DNA of 64,000 nucleotides from assembly GCA_964016885.1 (NCBI GenBank), contig OZ024762.1, positions 19,778,001 through 19,842,000 on the forward strand. Reading direction: 5' to 3'. Positions 54,272 through 64,000 of the stretch are shown here, in pieces; the first letter of the stretch is position 1; each line of letters opens with the position of its first letter. A model generated the notes under the pieces. The model had not been told where the DNA came from. It did no database searches and was given only the letters and a program-made list of their open reading frames with translations. The translations under genes and the position numbers were made by a program. This DNA is from Eledone cirrhosa (Eukaryota).

Positions 54272-55112
54272 AAGGGCGGTGAATTGGCAGTATCGGTAGA
54301 GGGTTGGATACCTTGCTTTCTAGCATAGTTATGTCCCTTTACGGTCTCAGTTCAAATCCCGTCGAGGTTAACTTTGCCTTTCATCCTTATAGGGTCGATA
54401 AAATAAAGTACCAGTAATGCACTGGGGTTGATTTAATTGACTTTCCCCTCCCCCAAATTACTGACCTTCTGCCTATACTAGAAATCATTATTATAGAGTT
54501 ACGGCCCTTGCCATTCTGAGTTCAAATCCCGCCGAGGTTAACTTTGCCTTTCATCCTTACGGGATCGATAAAAATAAAGTACCAGTAATACACTGGGGTA
54601 ATTGCTGGCCTTGTGCCAAAAGTAGAAACAATTATTCTGAGTTCAAATCCCGCCGAGGTTAACTTTGCCTTTCATCCTTACGGGATCGATAAAAATAAAG
54701 TACCAGTAATACACTGGGGTAATTGCTGGCCTTGTGCCAAAAGTAGAAACAATTATTCTGAGTTCAAATCCCGCCGAGGTTAACTTTGCCTTTCATCCTT
54801 ACGGGATCGATAAAAATAAAGTACCAGTAATACACTGGGGTAATTGCTGGCCTTGTGCCAAAAGTAGAAACAATTATTCTGAGTTCAAATCCCGCCGAGG
54901 TTAACTTTGCCTTTCATCCTTACGGGATCGATAAAAATAAAGTACCAGTAATGTACTGGGGTAATTGCTGGCCTTGTGCCAAAAGTAGAAACAATTATTC
55001 TGAGTTCAAATCCCGCCGAGGTTAACTTTGCCTTTCATCCTTACGGGATCGATAAAAATAAAGTACCAGTAATACACTGTAGAAATTACTGGCCTTGTAG
55101 AAACAATTATTA
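54272..55112 (+). mobile_element. S1 SINE followed by a 121-bp tandem amplification (x5) of the S1 B-box/core
   Basis: Units start near 54514, 54635, 54756, 54877 and 54998. Confidence 0.9.
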
Positions 55113-55803
55113 TTACTTGTGGAATTTTCAGCAACCAGCTGGCTTTGTCTTCCAATTGAAATAACTTTGCTGTAAATCCTTCACAATAATGAATGCCATC
55201 ATTACCATAATCATAATCCATTCGATAGAGAAGAATCAAGAAACCTTCTGGCCATATAGCTGCCTGCTTCGTCTTTTTATTTCTATGCTGTTGTGTTTAT
55301 TTTTGTTGTTGTATTTTTGAGGGTTTTTTTACTTTTACTTTTACTTCAATATCTTTCATGCATTAACTGGGGTTTTTTTTTTCCCATCTTTTAGTTTTCT
55401 TATTTCTTATATACTCTTTTCATTGGTTGGGTTGTGTTGAGTTGTGTTGGGTTCCAGTTTAATTCTACAGGCGGCCATAATTTCTTCCTTTGTTTTCATT
55501 TTCACACACACTCTCTCTCTCTTTCTCTCCTCTTTCTAATCCTTCTCATTCTCTCATCTCTCTTTCTCTCTCTCTCTGTACTCTCTATTCCTTCTCACTC
55601 TCTCCCTATTCCCCCTCTCACTTCTATCTCTTTCTCCTATCTCTCTCTCTCTCTACTGAATCATATATATATGTATGTATATTGCCTCTCTACATGTATA
55701 TAAGTCTTTCTCTCTCTCTCTATCTATCTTTCTCTGTCTGTCTCACTTTCTCTGTTTGCCCCCCTCTCACTCTCTCTCACCATCTCTCTCTCTCTCTCAC
55801 ACA

Positions 55804-56016
<213 letters not shown>

Positions 56017-56088
56017 ACACACCATCTCTCTCTCTCTCACTCTCTCTCTCACCATCTCTCTCTCTCTCTCACACCATCTCTCTCTCTC

Positions 56089-56125
<37 letters not shown>

Positions 56126-56311
56126 CATCTTTGTACTTTATTCAAATATTGTCAATAGATGTGCACCAACTGGCTGAACACTGGAAGTACCATTCTAGAA
56201 GACAATCAGGAATGGCAGCTGGATGGTATGATAGCGGTGGTGGGGATGGTGCCAGTAGTGGGTAGTAGTGGTGTTAGTGGTGGTGGTGGTGGTGGTAGTG
56301 GTAGCTGTTGT

Positions 56312-56463
56312 GGGGGGTAGTAGAGTGGGTAATAGGAACGAGTATGACCCCGGCGGCAGAGCTCAAGCCGTTTCGACGGTTATTTCTGGACTAAAAAAAA
56401 GAAAAGAAAAAATAGCCGTCAAAACGGCTTGATCTCTGCCGTCGGGGTCATATTCGTTCCTAT
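56312..56463. mobile_element. Family E fold-back (arms 56332-56463), partial tail on the left
   Basis: Same arms as the 8596 copy, with an A-rich centre. Confidence 0.8.
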
Positions 56464-56491
56464 ATATATGTATGTATATATATATGTATAC

Positions 56492-56515
<24 letters not shown>

Positions 56516-56523
<8 letters not shown>

Positions 56524-56706
56524 ATACTTTGGGAGGGTCATGTTGCCAATAAGAAACACACGCACCAGTTGCTAAATTAAATTGAAGTGAAAGCAACTGG
56601 TGCGTGTGTTTCTTATTGGCAACATGACCCTCCCAAAGTATAACAATATCGGTTTCAACACACGATTTCAGATAAAGAATCTTGCTAAACAAATTCAGAA
56701 ACGAAA
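56516..56706. mobile_element. Fold-back of an unassigned family J (perfect 58-bp arms 56516-56573/56592-56649) plus tail
   Basis: Inverted repeat read directly; (TA)n flanks; no hammerhead core visible. Confidence 0.75.
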
Positions 56707-56720
56707 TATATATATATACT

Positions 56721-56752
<32 letters not shown>

Positions 56753-56815
56753 TATACACATATACACAAACTTGCACATGTAAACATATTTACATTTTTT
56801 TATAAACATATATCC

Positions 56816-56870
<55 letters not shown>

Positions 56871-57017
56871 ACATTCCACACCATATCTCTTTCGATATAG
56901 TGCTCCTATTTCATGGCCCAGTAAACAGTACATCAAGTAATGGAACACAATTCTTCCAGCTTCAACAATTCATTAAAACATATGAAAAAAAAATGAAAAA
57001 AAAACACACACACCACA

Positions 57018-57059
<42 letters not shown>

Positions 57060-57068
<9 letters not shown>

Positions 57069-57650
57069 TATAAAATAACAAAAACACAAGCCAATAAATA
57101 AATATATATATAATTATATAAAAAACAACAAACTCAAACACAAATACAAAACGCACACAAGACAATAAATAAATAAATAAATATATATATAATTATATAA
57201 AAAACAAACAAGCAAACAAACACAAAACGCACACAAGACAATAAATAAATAAATATATATATAATTATATAAAAAACAAACAAACAAACAAACACAAAAC
57301 GCACACAAGCCAATAAATAAATAAATATATATATAATTATATAAAAAACAAACAAACAAACACAAAACGCACACAAGACAATAAATAAATAAATATATAT
57401 ATAATTATATAAAAAACAAACAAACAAACAAACACAAAACGCACACAAGACAATAAATAAATAAATATATATATAATTATATAAAAAACAAACAAACAAA
57501 CACAAAACGCGCACAAGACAATAAATAAATAAATAAATATATAAAATAACAACAAGACAATAAATAAATAAATATATAAAATAACAACAAGACAATAAAT
57601 AAATAAATATATATATAAATATATAAAATAACAACAACAAGATAATAAAT
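57060..57650. repeat. A-rich tandem repeat of about 60-65 bp
   Basis: CACAAAACGCACACAAGACAATAAATAAAT.. units. Confidence 0.85.
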
Positions 57651-57971
57651 ATATACAGAAAACATAACCAAAAAAAAAAAGCCGCACAAACAAAAGCATT
57701 TTTCTATCTACTCTCCATCCAGTATGTAATGTACATGGTTTACATGGTGGTTGGTTGAGAATCATAGATGGGAAACATTATAGAGAACGGGGTGGGGTGG
57801 TGTGGAGGGTATGGGGGAGTGGAGTTCAGTCTTCGGAACATTATAAAGAATGAAGGAGTGGGAGAGGTTGGCATTGGGTGGTGGGGGCAGAAAAAAATTT
57901 AATTATGTTATATAATTTTCTTTTTTTTTTTCGAAATATATTCTAATGATATATATATATGTATGTATATG

Positions 57972-58002
<31 letters not shown>

Positions 58003-58103
58003 GCATGTGTTGTGTATGTGTATGTATATATGTATCTTTATATATATTTTTTTCAATTACTTCCTTTAATGATATATACATTTCATTTCATTTATATATA
58101 TGT

Positions 58104-58134
<31 letters not shown>

Positions 58135-58294
58135 GTCATATATATATATATATTATATATATATATATATATATGTCATATATATATATATATATATATA
58201 TGTTATATATATATATGTTATATATATATATATGTTATATATATATATATGTTATATATATATGTTATATATATATATATGTTATATATATATG

Positions 58295-58341
<47 letters not shown>

Positions 58342-58708
58342 ATATATATATATATATATATGTCATATATATATATATATATATGTCATATATATATATA
58401 TATATATGTTATATAAATATATATATGTGTGATAATAATAATGATGATACAAATCCACATAAAAAAACATTTAATTAGATCTGTATAATATAAATATTTG
58501 TTACATATATATATAAAGTAAGAGATTGAATGTACTGAGTATGGGTTAGTCCTGTATGGTATACCTACAGCTCAGTACACACAACTTATATTAGTTATAA
58601 ATCACCAAACATGCAGAAAATTATTCATTGCTTTTTGATATCAGGTTATATACCTATATCATGATACTGACTGTTTATCAGCTCCGATGGTAATAGTAAT
58701 GATGATAA

Positions 58709-58742
<34 letters not shown>

Positions 58743-58745
58743 GGT

Positions 58746-59760
58746 GGTTTCTAATTTAGACACAATGCCAACAGTATGTAGGTAGGGGAAATTTGATTCA
58801 ATCTATCCCAGTGCATTACTGGTACTTTATTCTATCGACCCCCGTAAGGGTGAAAGTCAAAGCTATAACCTCGGCGCGGATTTGAACTCAATAAATAATT
58901 GTTTCTACTTTTGGCACAAGGCCAGCAATTACCCCAGTGTATTACTGGTACTTTATTTTATCGACCCCGTAAGGGTGAAAGTCAAAGCTAACCTCGGCGC
59001 GGATTTGAACTCAATAAATAATTGTTTCTACTTTTGGCACAAGGCCAGCAATTACCCAGTGTATTACTGGTACTTTATTTTATCGACCCCGTAAGGGTGA
59101 AAGTCAAAGCTAACCTCGGCGCGGATTTGAACTCAATAAATAATTGTTTCTACTTTTGGCACAAGGCCAGCAATTACCCCAGTACATTACTGGTACTTAA
59201 TATTGGTTTCTTATATAGGCACAAGGTCAGCAATTTTGGGGGAAGGGAAAGTCAATTAAATCAACCCCAGTGCATGACTGGTAATTTATTTTATCGACCT
59301 TGTAAGGATGAACGGCAAAGTTAACCTTGGCGGGATTTGAACTCAGATCATAAAGGGCCGTAACTCTATGCTGAAAAGCATGGCGTCTGACGCTCTACCG
59401 ATACTGCAAATCTACTAATAACGATAACAATTATAAGTTGTGTGGTTAAGTGTATGTAGTTAATGATGGTGATGATTTCTAATTTAGACACATGGCCAAC
59501 AATATGTAGGCAGGGAAAGTTGATTAAATTGACCCCTGTACTTAACTGGTACTTTATTTTATTGACCCCGGAAGGATGAAATCTGAAGTTGACCTTGGCA
59601 TAATTTTGATTACAGATTGTAAAGAGCCTTAATTTAGTGTTGCAAAGTATTTTGTCCAATGCTCTATCGATTCTAGCAACATGAATAATGATTTCTCATA
59701 TACGCACCAGGCCAGCAAATTTAAGGGAGGGGCAATGTTGATTGATATCAACACCAGTAC
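58746..59760 (-). mobile_element. S1 SINE cluster including tandem copies of about 120 bp
   Basis: Repeated reverse-complement S1 core. Confidence 0.85.
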
Positions 59761-59859
59761 TTTAGGGCAATTTTAGGGACAACCAACCCCAGGCAAAATC
59801 CCAGATTACTCTGTCACTTCATTGGCTTTAAATGTACCCTCTCCTGGTTTCTTTCCTCC

Positions 59860-60470
59860 AGCTGAGTAAAGCGTAGTCAGAGTAGACCCATTCTGCCTCA
59901 TCAATCTCACCAGTTTCACCCATCTTTCATGAATGCAACACTTCTCTCCCTATCCTGAGCTTCCTCTTCATGTTTTACTTGAAGATGTTGAGGTTGACAT
60001 GCCTAGAGAAGAATATCCCTGTCCCTCAAACCTTAGATGTTGAGGTTGACATGACTAGAGAAGAATATCCCAGTCCTTCAAACCTTAGATGTTGATGTAG
60101 ACATGCCTAGAGAAGAATATCCCTGTCCCTCAAACCTTAGATGTTGATGTAGACATGCCTAGAGAAGAATATCCCTGTCCCTCAAACCTTAGATGTTGAT
60201 GTAGACATGCCTAGAGAAGAATATCCCTGTCCCTCAAACCTTAGATGTTGATGTAGACATGCCTAGAGAAGAATATCCCAGTCCCTCAAACCTTAGATGT
60301 TGATGTAGACATGCCTAGAGAAGAATATCCCAGTCCCTCAGACCTTTCAGATGAGTACTCCAAACAGCTAAATATTTCCCCCTCTATCTTTAGCTTCTTG
60401 CTCATGTGGAACTTGAAGAAGTTGATGAGGGTATGGCCAGAGAGGGCAATCTATGTCTTCAAACATTTTT
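59860..60470 (-). mobile_element. Old Tx1-like 3' fragment with an internal 52-bp tandem array (59983-60340, about 7 copies)
   Basis: Minus-strand GLRTGIFFSRH and KRKLRIGREVL resemble GLRSDTFLSGQ and RRIRMEREVL of the 7844 peptide. Confidence 0.6.
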
Positions 60471-60479
60471 AGAAAAGTC

Positions 60480-61100
60480 TACCTTACACTTCCTTTGTCA
60501 TAACTACCAGACAGGTCTACCTTACACTTCTTTTGTCATAACTACTAGACAGATCTACCAGACACTTCCTTTGTCATAACTAGCAGACATGTCCATCATA
60601 GACCTTCCTTTGTCATAACTACCAGACACTTCCTTTGTCATAACTAGCAGACATGTCCATCATAGACCTTCCTTTGTCATAACTAGCAGACATGTTCATC
60701 ATAGACCTTCCTTTGTCATAACTAGCAGACATGTCCATCATAGACCTTCCTTTGTCATAACTACCAGACACTTCCTTTGTCATAACTAGCAGACATGTCC
60801 ATCATAGACCTTCCTTTGTCATAACTAGCAGACATGTTCATCATAGACCTTCCTTTGTCATAACTAGCAGACATGTCCATCATAGACCTTCCTTTGTCAT
60901 AACTAGCAGACATGTCCATCATAGACCTTCCTTTGTCATAACTAGCAGACATGTCCATCATAGACCTTCCTTTGTCATAACTACCAGGCAGGTCTACCAC
61001 ACACTTCCTTTACCATAGCTAGCAGACAGGTCTACCACACACATCCTTTGTTATAACTAGCAGACAAATCCACCATAGAGCTTCCTTTGCTATAACTATG
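60480..61100. repeat. 39-bp minisatellite
   Basis: CCTTCCTTTGTCATAACTAGCAGACATGTCCATCATAGA; 13-aa periodicity. Confidence 0.9.
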
Positions 61101-61613
61101 AGGGAGAGGAAAACTTGACCCCTACCGCCCTTCTAAAAGCTGGTGGTGATCCAACCCTCACTATAGACATGGCCTATTGGTAGATCTGTCAGACACGTGG
61201 TTGTAAAATAAAATGAAAGCTGGTTTAAATAAAAATTATCAGCCTCAGTCTAACCCTCCACGTTTTTCTTAGATTAGAAATCTAGTTTACTGGTTCATTG
61301 GTTGTGTGTGTCTAGTTGTGTGTGTGGTTGTGTGGCTGTGTGTGTGTGTGTGTGTGTTTGTGTGGCTGTGTGTGTGTGTGGTTGTGTGGCTGTATGTGTG
61401 TGTTTGTGTGGCTGTGGTGGTGGCTGTGTTTGGTTGTGTGGCTGTGTGGTTGTGGTTGTGTGGCTGTGTGCATCTAGTTGTGTGGTTGTGTGTGTGTGTG
61501 TGTGGATGTGTGGCTGTGTGTGTGTGTGGTTGTGGCTGTATGGTTGTGTGGCTGTATGTATGTGTGTGTAGTGTGGTTGTATGTGTGTGTTACTGAATGT
61601 ATGTGTGTATCTG

Positions 61614-61664
<51 letters not shown>

Positions 61665-61716
61665 TACTGTATGTATGTGTGTATATATATATATATATGT
61701 GTGTGTGTTACTGTAT

Positions 61717-61782
<66 letters not shown>

Positions 61783-61925
61783 ATTACTGTATGTATGTGT
61801 ATATATATATATATATATGTGTGTTTGTCCCTGATTTTTCTTTCCTTCTTTCAGTCTTGTGCTTAATTACTAATTTTCTAGATGGTACATTTGAGTAATC
61901 AATCATTGCTTCCCTCTCTCACCTT

Positions 61926-61957
<32 letters not shown>

Positions 61958-62086
61958 ACCCTCACTCTCTTTTCCTTTCCCCAACTCCAAAAATCTCTCT
62001 ATCAACCTATCTCAGTCTCTCCTCCATCAATCTATATATATCTTCCTCACTCATTCTCTCTTTTTCTCTTCCTTTCACTCTCCCCT

Positions 62087-62120
<34 letters not shown>

Positions 62121-62477
62121 AGTTCTCTCTATCTTTCTTCCTCTCTCTCACACACTCTTTTTCTCTAGTCTATCTGACACTCTCTCTTTGTCTTTCTCCT
62201 CGCATCTCCCCCCTCCCTCTCTCCATCCCTTTCTCTCTTTATCAAAGCCTGTCTCCTGCCCTAGTTAGCATGTACCTTTAGCAGCAGTCAGGAGGAATGA
62301 CCTAGCTAAAAATACCACCACAACACCACTGCCAGCAACACCACCAACAATACCACCAAGATACCAGCAACACCACCAACAACAACATTGTCCAAGCTCT
62401 AGTCAGACCAGGTCATTATAGACTGAGAGAGACAGGTGCTCTCTTACTAATCAGCATCTCCCTAGGCCGTCCAAGCT

Positions 62478-63400
62478 CCACACTGACCAGGTCACAGCGG
62501 ACATAGAATGCCACGTGCCCTCCACATCACCGTAAGTTGTCCAAAATTCACACTGACCAGGTCACAGTGGACATAGAACGCCACGTGCTCTCCACATCAC
62601 CGTGAGTTGTCCAAAATTCACACTGACCAGGTCACAGTGGACATAGAACGACACTTGCTCTCCACATCACCGTGAGTTGTCCAAAATTCACACTGACCAG
62701 GTCACAGTGGACATAGAACGCCACGTGCTCTCCACATCACCGTGAGTTGTCCAAAATTCACACTGACCAGGTCACAGTGGACATAGAACGCCACGTGCTC
62801 TCCACATCACCGTAAGTTGTCCAAAATTCACACTGACCAGGTCACAGTGGACATAGAACGACACGTGCTCTCCACATCACCGTGAGTTGTCCAAAATTCA
62901 CACTGACCAGGTCACAGCGGACATAGAACGCCACGTGCTCTCCACATCACCGTGAGTTGTCCAAAATTCACACTGACCAGGTCACAGTGGACATAGAACG
63001 CCACGTGCTCTCCACATCACCGTGAGTTGTCCAAAATTCACACTGACCAGGTCACAGTGGACATAGAACGCCACGTGCTCTCCACATCACCGTGAGTTGT
63101 CCAAAATTCACACTGACCAGGTCACAGCGGACATAGAACGCCACGTGCTCTCCACATCACCGTGAGTTGTCCAAAATTCACACTGACCAGGTCACAGCGG
63201 ACATAGAACGCCACGTGCTCTCCACATCACCGTGAGTTGTCCAAAATTCACACTGACCAGGTCACAGCGGACATAGAATGACACGTGCTCTCCACATCAC
63301 CGTGAGTTGTCCAAAATTCACACTGACCAGGTCACAGCGGACATAGAACGCCACGTGCTCTCCACATCACCGTGAGTTGTCCAAAATTTACACTGACCAT
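62478..63400. repeat. 70-bp minisatellite, about 13 near-identical copies
   Basis: CACTGACCAGGTCACAG recurs every 70 nt from 62481. Confidence 0.97.
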
Positions 63401-63441
63401 GCGTCATGATTAAATGATTGGAATTTTACCACACATATATA

Positions 63442-63478
<37 letters not shown>

Positions 63479-63483
<5 letters not shown>

Positions 63484-63606
63484 AACAAGTAGGGCCCCGA
63501 CGGCTGAGCTCAAGCCGTTTCGACGGCTAATTCGGGACTAAATTTAGTCCAAAATTAGCCGTCGAAACGGCTTGAGCTCAGCCGTCGGGGTCCTACTCGT
63601 TCCTAT
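63479..63606. mobile_element. Family E fold-back with no tail
   Basis: 128-bp palindrome within (TA)n. Confidence 0.85.
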
Positions 63607-64000
63607 ATATATATATATATATATACGGACGTAAAATGATGATGATGATGAGGATGTATGTGTATATACAAAAAGGTTTTGAGGATTCGGCCCCACGGCG
63701 CTCTCTGGAATAAGTGAGTGAAAAAGAAGATATATACTGGCGTCCACCTGGTTTGGCAATCTGGAAGACATGATGATTGCAACAAGATCATGTGATGAGA
63801 GTTATGTTAGTAGGTTCTCATCAAGTTCATTGTTTCTGAGGAAGACTGATATGTATCTAGGATATTGTGACAAGAAATACGTGGTGACATAACCACTATG
63901 TCCCAGTCAAAATATCAATTTACCATGGTCAATCAACCCTCTGAAACGATAGTAAAACAAAAAATTAATTAAGAATCTATCTTTGTATTTTTTTTTATTT

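Noticed and set aside
55115-55275. Protein-like minus-strand frame (LYRMDYDYGNDGIHYCEGF..)
   Set aside because: There is no plausible splice acceptor and no recognisable homology.
62478-63400. Regular 70-bp array (also the 60-, 52-, 40- and 39-bp arrays) as CRISPR
   Set aside because: There are no unique spacers or cas genes, and the context is eukaryotic.

Overview
This is repeat-saturated, AT-rich metazoan DNA. The SINE repertoire and the density of (TA)n/(CA)n tracts suggest a cephalopod such as Octopus, but that is inference. No host gene can be called with confidence, and almost all ORFs in the track are microsatellite artefacts. Recognisable elements are: a 5'-truncated RTE-clade LINE with an open reverse-transcriptase frame (44666-46138), Tx1/L1-like and R4/Dong-like remnants, two abundant tRNA-derived SINE families, mariner, piggyBac, hAT and Tigger-type DNA-transposon derivatives, and many mini- and microsatellites. 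The main result is a dispersed set of short elements inserted at (TA)n tracts, from about ten sequence families mostly unrelated to each other, that share three structural features. (1) Type I hammerhead ribozyme folds whose helix III is a palindrome. (2) Fold-back (hairpin) insertion architecture with a tail on one side only. (3) A covarying RCTC-stem-2-nt-bulge-GAGY hairpin at the start of that tail. This fits Penelope-like element (PLE) pLTR derivatives. The cross-family tail hairpin and the recurrent U-U pair closing helix II are features I do not know to have been described. All structures were read by eye; none was computed or tested.
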